The notes below the pieces were generated by a model that had not been told where the DNA came from, made no database searches, and saw only the letters and a program-made list of their open reading frames with translations. Shown here piece after piece: positions 27,095 through 35,746 of a DNA stretch of 64,000 nucleotides. Within the stretch, counting starts at the first letter, position 1. Each line of letters starts with the position of its first letter. The DNA is from a virus (taxonomy: Duplodnaviria; Caudoviricetes), in the IMG/VR virus record IMGVR_UViG_3300031555_002663, positions 1 through 64,000 of that record; one strand, 5' to 3'. Made by a program: the position numbers and the translations under genes.

Positions 27095-27424
27095 TTAAGG
27101 CATGATGTGCTTAACACAGATGACTTCTTGGCAATCATCACACACCCAATAGTATTTATCTCCACCATTCTTTACATGGTCAGCACTCTTGAACTCCCAC
27201 GCCTGTCCGCACTCATGGCATACGCCATTGTTCCACGCCTTCTCGTCGTGTGCGCTCTCTGCCCACATCACACCTGTCATGAGGAGACCGAAGGCCACAG
27301 CCACAAGCACACCTACCACACCACGCACCCACGGCTTGCTGTTGTCCATGTTGCTGGTTACCATGAGGGAGAAGAAGCTCCCCACGATGCTACATACTAC
27401 TACGCTAAAGATGAATACTCCCAT
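27095..27424 (-). CDS. membrane protein with C-terminal zinc ribbon
   Basis: Two TM segments, CHEC and CDDC. Confidence 0.65.
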   Translation of the reverse strand: MGVFIFSVVVCSIVGSFFSLMVTSNMDNSKPWVRGVVGVLVAVAFGLLMTGVMWAESAHDEKAWNNGVCHECGQAWEFKSADHVKNGGDKYYWVCDDCQEVICVKHIMP

Positions 27425-27539
27425 TGTTCCTACCTCTTTCTTTGTGTTGTTCTTTCCTTTACTGTACCTTTATTATACCACACTACTGGTTATTTGTCAA
27501 GGGGTTTACACAAAGTTTTTTGCACAAATTAAGAGAGGC

Positions 27540-27935
27540 TCAATGAGCCTCTCTCCATACCTTTACAATGATGTCGTCCTCTGTATTGTTAGGTGTGTGG
27601 TTGTCTGCTATCCACAAGAGCAAGAAGTCATCAGCCTGCACAGGCTCTTCGATGTACCACACATCGCCTGTCTCATCCTCTACCAGCTGACGCTCGTACT
27701 GCCATGCCCCCACCATGCGGATGGTGCCATCGCTGAAGTCCCCGCACCAGTTATCCTCGATGATAGAGGTATCAAAACCCCCGCTCTGCTCTACCACAGG
27801 AGCCTCTACGGCAGATGCCTGCACAGGAGTTATTGCCTGCATGAACAGAACTACAGCGAACAGAAACGCTACAGCACCAAGTGCCATGCCAATGCTCAAG
27901 GTTACATCTCTCAAAGTCTTCTTCATAGTTATCAT
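27540..27935 (-). CDS. membrane-anchored or secreted protein
   Basis: N-terminal hydrophobic segment followed by an acidic domain. Confidence 0.65.
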   Translation of the reverse strand: MITMKKTLRDVTLSIGMALGAVAFLFAVVLFMQAITPVQASAVEAPVVEQSGGFDTSIIEDNWCGDFSDGTIRMVGAWQYERQLVEDETGDVWYIEEPVQADDFLLLWIADNHTPNNTEDDIIVKVWREAH

Positions 27936-28374
27936 TTCCTTTCCTCTTTGTTGATACTATTATACCATGCTACTGGCTTGTTGTCAATAGGTTTGTGCAA
28001 ATTATTTTGGGAATTTTTTAAGTTTGTCAGATTGCACAAAAATTTGTCGAGAAGTTTGTGCAGACTGCCAATTGCGTAAAACTCGGCTCGCCACGTCCGG
28101 CGCCGAGCCGAGCAATTGCTAGGGGTGGTAGATTGTTCTTACTGTCGCTGCTTCTGGAAAGCTGGCAATACTTTTTGTATAGGGATGTGGGGGGTGTATT
28201 TCAGGGAAAAAAATTTTTTTTCTTGTTGATTTGTTTTGCTCTGGGCACAACTATCCTGTAGACCATTTTCGATTTCGGATTACGGAGTTCAGAATAGACG
28301 AAGGACCCACCCCCATCCCTATTTCCGGGATTTTTAGGGAGTGGGTCCCATACTACCAGGTTTGTGTATATTAA

Positions 28375-28623
28375 TTAGATAAAATCATTTTCATCGGCTA
28401 GCACGAACTTATCATGCCAACCCTTTTCGCCACACTTAGGGCATTTCAGCATTCTCTTGCCAGGCATGTGCATACTACACGCCCATTCTTTTACTGTGGG
28501 TTTGTGAATAGTTCTACACTTCCCACATTGATAAACTGCAGTCTTAAAATCATATACAGTTGCCGCAACGGTCGCTACAACCATCACGCCAGTCAAAATT
28601 CCACCAATTACTTTCTTGTTCAT
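28375..28623 (-). CDS. membrane-anchored zinc-ribbon protein
   Basis: TM plus CGKC and CPKC. Confidence 0.65.
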   Translation of the reverse strand: MNKKVIGGILTGVMVVATVAATVYDFKTAVYQCGKCRTIHKPTVKEWACSMHMPGKRMLKCPKCGEKGWHDKFVLADENDFI

Positions 28624-28811
28624 AAACTACCACCTTTCTTGCCGCCAAAGCCAAACTTAAACCAATCCTTCAATTCTTCAACTTTAGCCTTTCCTGTATA
28701 AATTAAAAATGTCTTTGTGCCGATTCCTGCAATATAAATGAAAGCGTATGCCGTTGCCCATGCTCCGACCGCTTTGCCAATTGCCATGAGACCTTCGCCT
28801 AAAATTTCCAT
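28620..28811 (-). CDS. small membrane protein
   Basis: 63 aa, coupled start/stop. Confidence 0.55.
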   Translation of the reverse strand: MEILGEGLMAIGKAVGAWATAYAFIYIAGIGTKTFLIYTGKAKVEELKDWFKFGFGGKKGGSL

Positions 28812-29146
28812 TACTCTTTACCTCCAAAAAGTGCACCAAGAATATCGCCAAGTTCTTTTTCAACATTGATATTGTTAAATGGCTTTACATAATAGTGCCA
28901 AACGAAGCCGAGTCCATCTTGCACTGTGCCGATGTAGTCTAAATACTTAAGAGTCTCTGGCAGCTCCCAACCGGTGCCAAGGCAAATAATTTGCAATTCA
29001 ATTTCATCCACATCATCGTCAACTTCATACCAGATGCAAGGACCTGCGCCCGGCTGAAATTGTGCCGTTAAAATTCTTCTAATCTTACCCTTAATATTTG
29101 TAATTGCTCCATCAGTTCCCAATTCATCTTTATAAATTCTAATCAT
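28811..29146 (-). CDS. hypothetical protein
   Basis: 111 aa; IYK...Q...CIWYEVD...GTG...YIGTVQ...VWHYY. Confidence 0.65.
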   Translation of the reverse strand: MIRIYKDELGTDGAITNIKGKIRRILTAQFQPGAGPCIWYEVDDDVDEIELQIICLGTGWELPETLKYLDYIGTVQDGLGFVWHYYVKPFNNINVEKELGDILGALFGGKE

Positions 29147-29170
29147 GCCGTTTCCCGGTCCTCCGATCTA

Positions 29171-29626
29171 TTAATCTGGCTTAAATCTGCCCATGCCGCA
29201 ATCGACAAATCTATGACAAGTTAGCATACATTGTGCATCTGCCGAATGACATGGTACAAATTCATCAAGTTCTCTCATGTAACTAATATCATAGTTACAT
29301 TCATAATCATGTGGTTTTGTATGAAATAAGAAACTGTCATAACCGATTTCATAAAAGCATCTACTTGCAATATATTCATCCCGCATTTTAATCCATGCGT
29401 CTTTTTCTGCGCGAGAAGGCTCTTCGATGTCTTCTTTAATTTTGCCAGTTTCATCATCAATTTCAATATCAACGCTCATACTACCATCTTTATTTCGATG
29501 GCATCGTTTTGAAAAAAGTTTTCTGCTTACTTCAAAAGGGTCTCTAATATTATGTTCTCTGGCAAATTTATTAAAATCTGCCGAAAAATTCATAGCTTTA
29601 AAGCCATCTTCTGATACAATTACCAT
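29171..29626 (-). CDS. hypothetical protein
   Basis: 151 aa ORF. Confidence 0.6.
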   Translation of the reverse strand: MVIVSEDGFKAMNFSADFNKFAREHNIRDPFEVSRKLFSKRCHRNKDGSMSVDIEIDDETGKIKEDIEEPSRAEKDAWIKMRDEYIASRCFYEIGYDSFLFHTKPHDYECNYDISYMRELDEFVPCHSADAQCMLTCHRFVDCGMGRFKPD

Positions 29627-29826
29627 TTTGTAATTACTCCTTCAACATGGCCGACTTTAATAAACCCTGCAGGTTCATCTAAATCAACAAAATACCCATC
29701 ATTTATTTTAATGAATCGTTTATCTTGAACAATCCATAAGTCGCCGAAACAAGGATTCAAATAAATATCTCCATCAACGGCATCTTCATATTCATTATCC
29801 AATTCTTCAAATTCTTTATTTGCCAT
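29620..29826 (-). CDS. hypothetical protein
   Basis: Start refined to MANKEF. Confidence 0.5.
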   Translation of the reverse strand: MANKEFEELDNEYEDAVDGDIYLNPCFGDLWIVQDKRFIKINDGYFVDLDEPAGFIKVGHVEGVITKW

Positions 29827-30655
29827 TTTCCTTACGCTCCTTAAAACCAGTACGTCTGAATTGCGCGGCAAGCAAAGTATTTTCCAATAGGGCGACTCTT
29901 GTGAGGAGCCCAACCCCGCCAGGAACTGGCGTTACATCTCGGTTTTCAGTGTTAATACAGTCACCTACAAGTTTGCCGTTTTCATCAAAATTAATACCAA
30001 CATCAACCACTGGTACATGAATTGCATAACAATTTAAAAATGCTGGTTTGCCGACTGCCGTAATAATGAAATCTGCCGTTTCAATAAACTGCCATTTGTC
30101 CTTACTCTTTGAATGACACAGAGTAACTGTAGCGTCCCTGTTAGTTAACATTTGCGCCAATGGCTTACCAACAATATCACTTCTGCCAAAAATCGTGACA
30201 TTTTTACCTGTAAAATCATAGCCGCAACCATTTACTACATAGTCAACAATTCCAGCAGGAGTGCATGGATTGAACCAGCTCATAGGATGAAAACCATCTA
30301 CATCTTTTTCTGGCGCAATGGTTAGCTTAATAGCATCTACATCAATATGCTCTGGTAGAGGCATCTGAACAATCATACCGTCCACATAAGGAAGTAAGTC
30401 TTTGATTTCTGTTACGAGTTCATTTTCTGAAATTGTTTCTTCATAATAATACCACTCGAAAGAAATTCCGACTTCTTCACAATCTTTCTTTTTATTGCGA
30501 ATATAACGAGTTGAAGCTTCGTTATTGCCGACTTGGATAACTGCCAAAGTTGGCTTCTTGGCATCTACAAAGTCTTGCTCAATATCTTCTTTAATCTGCG
30601 CTTTCTTATTTGCACAAAATTCTTTAATGTTTTGAGTTAAAATCATCGTCATCAT
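29816..30655 (-). CDS. folD: bifunctional methylenetetrahydrofolate dehydrogenase/cyclohydrolase
   Basis: Y.RNK...C..VGI, VQMPLP, KDVDGFHP, PCTPAG, GRSDIVGKP, DVGIN, TPVPGGVGLLT motifs. Confidence 0.93.
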   Translation of the reverse strand: MMTMILTQNIKEFCANKKAQIKEDIEQDFVDAKKPTLAVIQVGNNEASTRYIRNKKKDCEEVGISFEWYYYEETISENELVTEIKDLLPYVDGMIVQMPLPEHIDVDAIKLTIAPEKDVDGFHPMSWFNPCTPAGIVDYVVNGCGYDFTGKNVTIFGRSDIVGKPLAQMLTNRDATVTLCHSKSKDKWQFIETADFIITAVGKPAFLNCYAIHVPVVDVGINFDENGKLVGDCINTENRDVTPVPGGVGLLTRVALLENTLLAAQFRRTGFKERKENGK

Positions 30656-30863
30656 CCCATCCTTCTGGTAAGATACAATCCAATAGAGTAGTAAGAACCT
30701 GATTAATGCCGAAAATCGGTCCGCCGATCGCGAAAATCAGAAAGAATGCTACTTTATCGGAAGGTTCTAAATTTTGAACATATGGAATATAATCTATCAT
30801 TGCGATTGTTGATAGAGTAAACCATAAAATTACTGCTATTACATAAGAGATCGAAAATCCCAT
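30624..30863 (-). CDS. small membrane protein
   Basis: 79 aa, two hydrophobic segments. Confidence 0.55.
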   Translation of the reverse strand: MGFSISYVIAVILWFTLSTIAMIDYIPYVQNLEPSDKVAFFLIFAIGGPIFGINQVLTTLLDCILPEGWDDDDDFNSKH

Positions 30864-31231
30864 TGATAACTCCCATCCTTCATTTTACAAACTATTTGAT
30901 TTGGAAGGAGTGCAAATCGGAATCCGTCTTCATCATTTTTATCTTCATGTGTTATTTCAGTTTGATATTCTGTAAGTCCAATAATTTTCTTTTCGTCGTA
31001 TAATGAAAAATCATAGACAGAACCAGTAAAATCTGCACCTTCTTTTACTGAGAGTAAAAGAGAACATGGATATTTCTCTTCAATATTTTTCTCGAACCAA
31101 AGTTTCATGCTTTCTTCTGGATGTGATTTAATGTAGGCATCCATAAGTTTGCCGATTGCTATCCACAATGAAGCGATAATAAATATTGAGCATAGTAGCA
31201 ACCCGCCTAAAATACAAATTGCAATTACCAT
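30839..31231 (-). CDS. membrane-anchored protein
   Basis: N-terminal TM segment. Confidence 0.6.
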   Translation of the reverse strand: MVIAICILGGLLLCSIFIIASLWIAIGKLMDAYIKSHPEESMKLWFEKNIEEKYPCSLLLSVKEGADFTGSVYDFSLYDEKKIIGLTEYQTEITHEDKNDEDGFRFALLPNQIVCKMKDGSYQWDFRSLM

Positions 31232-31259
31232 ATAAAACCCCTTTACCTTTTTATATAAT

Positions 31260-31321
31260 TATTATAACATTTTTTTTTGAATTTGTCAAAAATTTGACTT
31301 TGCCCAAAATTTTTGTTATAA
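31260..31321. promoter_or_regulatory. divergent sigmaA-type promoters at the strand switch
   Basis: Minus TTGACA-17-TATAAT (about 31260-31288) and plus TTGACT-17-TATAAT (about 31294-31322). Confidence 0.7.
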
Positions 31322-31339
31322 TAATTGTAGACTTAGGAG

Positions 31340-32404
31340 GTGAATCCTATTATTAAGTTAGATTACACTTTAGAGTCTCCAGAAGAAAGAGTTGCGTTGG
31401 TCGAACAGATTTTAGCTGAGAATCCCGACCCCAACGAGAAGTATTTAGAAATATTAGCTGATTACTTAATTCTTTGCATGGAGAAACAAGAGAAAAAGGA
31501 ACGTAAAATATTAACTGAAAATCGAATGATGACAGTTAATAAAAGAGAATGCTCTTTTGAAGGTCTTGTTTCCCAACTTGAAAATGGCGAAGATGGTATA
31601 TATAATTTAATTAGTGAGAATAAAAATCAAATTTTCCAGCCGAAAGTTACAATTACGAAAAAAGATTTAGAAGAGATTGAACCGTTAAGACAGTTGAGAG
31701 AAGCCATTAATTTATGGGAAGCAAAATTAAAAGTCACTGAGGGAAAAGACGCATTTATTATTAAGAAAGCTTTAATTGAGATGCGAAAAGATCAGTATCT
31801 TATTAAGAACGCTTATCGCAAACCCATTGTTTTTAATAAGCTTACTCGTTCCAGAAGCTACATTAAGCTTGAAGATACTACTTGCCGTTTTGACGAGGAC
31901 GGATACCCAATCCCTGAGGGCATTAGTTTGCTAGACCCTGTGGTTTGCTCAGCTATCTTATGTAACTATTCGAAGTTAAAACAAGACTCCGCCGATCAAT
32001 TTGAAGGAGATTTGTATTACTTAATGGAATCATTCGATCAAGTCGCAGATATTGCATTAGAAGAATACCCTTTATATGAAAAGATCGTCGAGTGTAAAAT
32101 TGATGGGTTACAAAATGTACAAATCCAAGAAATTTTACAAGAAGAGTTTGGAATTAAACATAGTCTTGAATATATTTCAAGTTTATGGCGTAAAAAAATT
32201 CCAAAATTAATTGCCTCTGCCGCTGAAGATGAATATCTTGATTGGTATTATCAAGAAGTTGAAAGAGGGAAATATAAACGTTGCAGCCGTTGTGGTGAAA
32301 TTAAATTAGCTCATAATAAATATTTTAGTAAGAATAAAACCAGCAAAGACGGTTTCTACAGCATTTGCAAAAAATGTCGTAACAGCAAGGCCAAGAAAGC
32401 CTAA
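31340..32404 (+). CDS. putative regulator with sigma-region-4-like HTH and C-terminal zinc ribbon
   Basis: KIDGLQNVQIQEILQEEFGIKHSLEYISSLWRKKIPKLI; CSRC...CKKC; first gene of the late arm. Confidence 0.45.
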   Translation: MNPIIKLDYTLESPEERVALVEQILAENPDPNEKYLEILADYLILCMEKQEKKERKILTENRMMTVNKRECSFEGLVSQLENGEDGIYNLISENKNQIFQPKVTITKKDLEEIEPLRQLREAINLWEAKLKVTEGKDAFIIKKALIEMRKDQYLIKNAYRKPIVFNKLTRSRSYIKLEDTTCRFDEDGYPIPEGISLLDPVVCSAILCNYSKLKQDSADQFEGDLYYLMESFDQVADIALEEYPLYEKIVECKIDGLQNVQIQEILQEEFGIKHSLEYISSLWRKKIPKLIASAAEDEYLDWYYQEVERGKYKRCSRCGEIKLAHNKYFSKNKTSKDGFYSICKKCRNSKAKKA

Positions 32405-32449
32405 TTTGAGTTTGGTGTTTTTATTAAGATATAAAAGGAGGAAAATTAC

Positions 32450-33616
32450 ATGGCTGAACAACAATACTACTGTAAAAAATGTAATAGAACCATGAGTGCT
32501 GATTAGTTCTATGGATCCTCCAACTTGGAGAAATATCCCACAGGCAAATTAGACACTTGTAAAAAATGCATTTCAATGCATGTTGATAACTGGAAGCCAG
32601 AAACTTATGTATGGATTTTGCAAGAATGCGATGTGCCATATGTTCCAGATGAATGGAATAAGTTATTAGAGTCTTACGCGCGCGACCCTTCCAAGGTAAC
32701 AGGTATGACTATTCTTGGCAGATATTTATCAAAAATGAAACTTAAACAATACAAAGAATACAGATGGAAAGATACTGAATTTTTGCAGGAGCTTGCCGAT
32801 AATAAATTAGAACAAGCAATGAAGAGACAAGGTTACAGCGCTGCTGAAATTACTTTGGCTCAAGAGCAAAAACGAATTATTATTCCAGAAGAGGGATTTA
32901 AAGAACCTGTTTATGAAGAACCTGTTGTTGAAGATTACTTTGCACAACAAGCAGGTGGCGATGACATTGAAATTGATTTAACAGATGAAGATAGAACTTA
33001 TTTAAGATTAAAATGGGGTAAAGCTTACAAGCCAGAAGAATGGGTTAAACTTGAACAGCTTTATGAAGAAATGATGAGTTCTTATGACGTGCAAGGTGCC
33101 GGACATATTGATACATTGAAGCTTGTTTGTAAAACATCTTTGAAGGCTAATCAGTTGATTGATATGGGTGATATCGAAGGATTCCAAAAGATGTCAAAAG
33201 TTTACGACAGTCTTATGAAGTCTGGTAAGTTTACTGCCGCTCAGAATAAAGCAGAGTCTGGCGAGTTCGTTGATGCGATCGGACAGCTGGTTGAAATCTG
33301 CGAAAAAGAAGGATTCATTCCAAGATACTATATTGATAAACCAAATGATAAAGTTGATGAAACTCTTGCAGATATGAAGAGCTATACAAAGACTTTGGTT
33401 TATGAAGAATTGAATCTTGGTAATCTTATTGAGCAATCTATTAAGACTATGATGAGTGAAGAGAATAAAGACGAAGATGAAGATATTGAAGAGGAATTGA
33501 GCTTGGAGGAAATTGATTCTTTGAAAGATGAAGACTTTGAAGAGCATCTTGATTTCCTTGAAGAAGAAGCTGAATTGGATGAAGAAATTCTAAAAAGAAT
33601 GATGGGTGAAGATTAA
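32450..33616 (+). CDS. probable terminase small subunit (388 aa with TAG read through at 32504)
   Basis: GGAGG RBS plus ATG 32450. Readthrough restores CKKC...CKKC zinc ribbon. Directly upstream of terL; function inferred from position. Confidence 0.55.
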
Positions 33617-35361
33617 TGGCTCTGCAAGATTTGTTAGACCTTAGTCAAAACCGTAAAAAAATTGGTTTATCCGAAGAGCGTATTCGAGCTATTATTCCTG
33701 CCGCTAGAGATTATATTGCTTTCTGGCGTGAATATCCCGACCTTTTTGTTGACTTTATGAAAGGCCCAGATAACAACTTTAATTTATTCTTTTACCAAAG
33801 AGTTTTTATGCGTGCCGCTATGCGTCACAAATATGTTTATGCAGTTTTCCCTCGTGCATATTCAAAATCATTCCTTGCGGTTATGATTTTAATGATTAGA
33901 TGTATTCTTTATCCTCGCTGCAAATTGTTTGTTACCTCAGGCGGTAAGGAACAAGCTGCAGGAATTATGAAAGAAAAAGTTAAAGAAATTTGCACTCTTA
34001 TCCCCGCCTTTGAGCGAGAGATTGACTGGGGTCGAGGCAAATCTCTTGAAGGTAAGGACTATTGTAAATATGTATTTAAGAATGGTTCTTATTTCGATAA
34101 TATTGCCGCCCGCGAATCTTCGCGTGGTAAACGTAGACATGGCGGTCTTATCGAGGAATGTGTTGGTGTTGATGGCACCATTCTTTCCGAAGTTATTTTA
34201 CCTACTATGAACATTTCTCGTATGTGCATGGATGGAACTACTCAACCTGATGAAACTTTAAATAAATCTCAAATTTATGTTACAACTGCAGGTTGGAAAA
34301 ATACTTTCCCATATGAAAAGCTGATTCAATTACTTATTTGGCAAATTGTCCAGCCAGGTAAGGCAATGATTATGGGTGGTACTTATAGAATTCCTATCTT
34401 AATGAAGTTGCTTGATAAGAACTTTATTAAAGACTTAAAGATGGACGGAACTTTCAATGAGAGCTCATTCGACCGTGAATATGAGTCTAAATGGTCTGGA
34501 ACTGTTGAAGATGCATTCTTTAGTTCTGAAGTATTTGATAGAAATAGAATTCTTAATCAGCCTGAATATGAAGCTTCCGGTCGTTCAAGCAAAGCAGCAT
34601 ATTATATTCTTGCAGCCGACGTTGGACGTAAAGGTTGTGACACTGTTGTTTGTGTATTTAAGGTAACTCCTCAACCACAAGGTTCTGCAATTAAGAGTTT
34701 AGTAAATATTTACACTCTTACTGATGAACACTTTGAGGAACAGGCAATTAAATTAAAATCTTTATATTATAAATATAATGCCAGAAGAATTGTAATTGAC
34801 GCAAATGGTCTTGGTGTTGGCTTGGTTGACTTTATGGTTAAACCTCAAGTTAATCCAGATACCCTTGAAGTTATGCCAGACTTTGGTGTCTATGGTGGCA
34901 CACAAGATGATGCAGCTCAAGAGTATAAAAAGTATAAAACCAATTCTACAGAACAAGATGCACTTTATTTAATTAAAGCTAGCGCTCCGATTAATACCGA
35001 GGCTCATACGATCGCTCGTTCCAATTTGTCTTCTGGAAAAGTAAAATTCTTAATTGATGAACGTGTTGCTAAACAGAAGTTATTAAATACTAAAGTCGGT
35101 CAAAATATGAAACCTGAAGAAAGGGCAAATTATTTAAAACCATTCACCTTAACTTCTATATTAAAAGAGGAAATGATGAACCTTCGAGAAGAAAACGAAG
35201 GTGTAAATATTATCCTAAAGCAAGCAAATAGAGGTATTCGAAAAGATAAATTTTCAGCTTTTGAATACGGTTTATATTATATAAAACAAGAAGAAGAGTC
35301 TAAAAAGAAGCGTAAAAAATTTAATGCTAAAGAATGGGCATTTTATTCATCTGGTAGATAA
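33616..35361 (+). CDS. terL: terminase large subunit
   Basis: Walker A-like FPRAYSKS, Walker B LIEE, nuclease motifs AADVGR and IDANGLG. Confidence 0.9.
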   Translation: MALQDLLDLSQNRKKIGLSEERIRAIIPAARDYIAFWREYPDLFVDFMKGPDNNFNLFFYQRVFMRAAMRHKYVYAVFPRAYSKSFLAVMILMIRCILYPRCKLFVTSGGKEQAAGIMKEKVKEICTLIPAFEREIDWGRGKSLEGKDYCKYVFKNGSYFDNIAARESSRGKRRHGGLIEECVGVDGTILSEVILPTMNISRMCMDGTTQPDETLNKSQIYVTTAGWKNTFPYEKLIQLLIWQIVQPGKAMIMGGTYRIPILMKLLDKNFIKDLKMDGTFNESSFDREYESKWSGTVEDAFFSSEVFDRNRILNQPEYEASGRSSKAAYYILAADVGRKGCDTVVCVFKVTPQPQGSAIKSLVNIYTLTDEHFEEQAIKLKSLYYKYNARRIVIDANGLGVGLVDFMVKPQVNPDTLEVMPDFGVYGGTQDDAAQEYKKYKTNSTEQDALYLIKASAPINTEAHTIARSNLSSGKVKFLIDERVAKQKLLNTKVGQNMKPEERANYLKPFTLTSILKEEMMNLREENEGVNIILKQANRGIRKDKFSAFEYGLYYIKQEEESKKKRKKFNAKEWAFYSSGR

Positions 35362-35375
35362 GGAGGTTTGGTTGA

Positions 35376-35732
35376 ATGAGAGCTTCAAGAGGCGAAATTA
35401 AAATTGAAGAGATTTTAAAAGAAGCGGAATTGAATTTCAAAATGGAATATATTTTTCCTGACTTAAGAAGTCCAAATGGCCGACCTTTAAGATTCGATTT
35501 TGTTATTTTTGATGACGATGGTAAAATTGATTTTATTATCGAGTATCAAGGAAAACAACATTATGAACCTAGCCAGAAGTTTGGTGGAAAGCGTGGCTTT
35601 TACCAACAGCAATATAATGACAATCAGAAGCGTAGATTTTGTGCGCTTCACGATTTCAAATTAATTGAAATCCCATACACCGATGAAAACTTAATTTCTT
35701 ATGATTATATAATGAAACTTGCTGGATATTAA
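35376..35732 (+). CDS. PD-(D/E)XK (Vsr/DUF559-like) endonuclease
   Basis: RFDFVIF...IIEYQGKQHY...K...C...FKLIEIPY. Confidence 0.7.
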   Translation: MRASRGEIKIEEILKEAELNFKMEYIFPDLRSPNGRPLRFDFVIFDDDGKIDFIIEYQGKQHYEPSQKFGGKRGFYQQQYNDNQKRRFCALHDFKLIEIPYTDENLISYDYIMKLAGY

Positions 35733-35746
35733 AAGGAGGTGGGATT

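Larger units (their letters stand above)
15412..27987 (-). promoter_or_regulatory. dense array of about 30 consensus TTGACA-17-(TG)N-TATAAT promoters defining mostly monocistronic cassettes
   Basis: Plus-strand pattern attata(cca)...tgtcaa recurs, e.g. 15815, 16983, 17602, 17867, 18097, 18342, 19477, 19574, 21748, 22636, 23567, 25869, 27959 (manual count). Confidence 0.8.

Noticed and set aside
35376-35732. Homing endonuclease in a group I intron or intein of terL
   Set aside because: terL and portal are each continuous, and the nuclease is a separate gene with its own RBS
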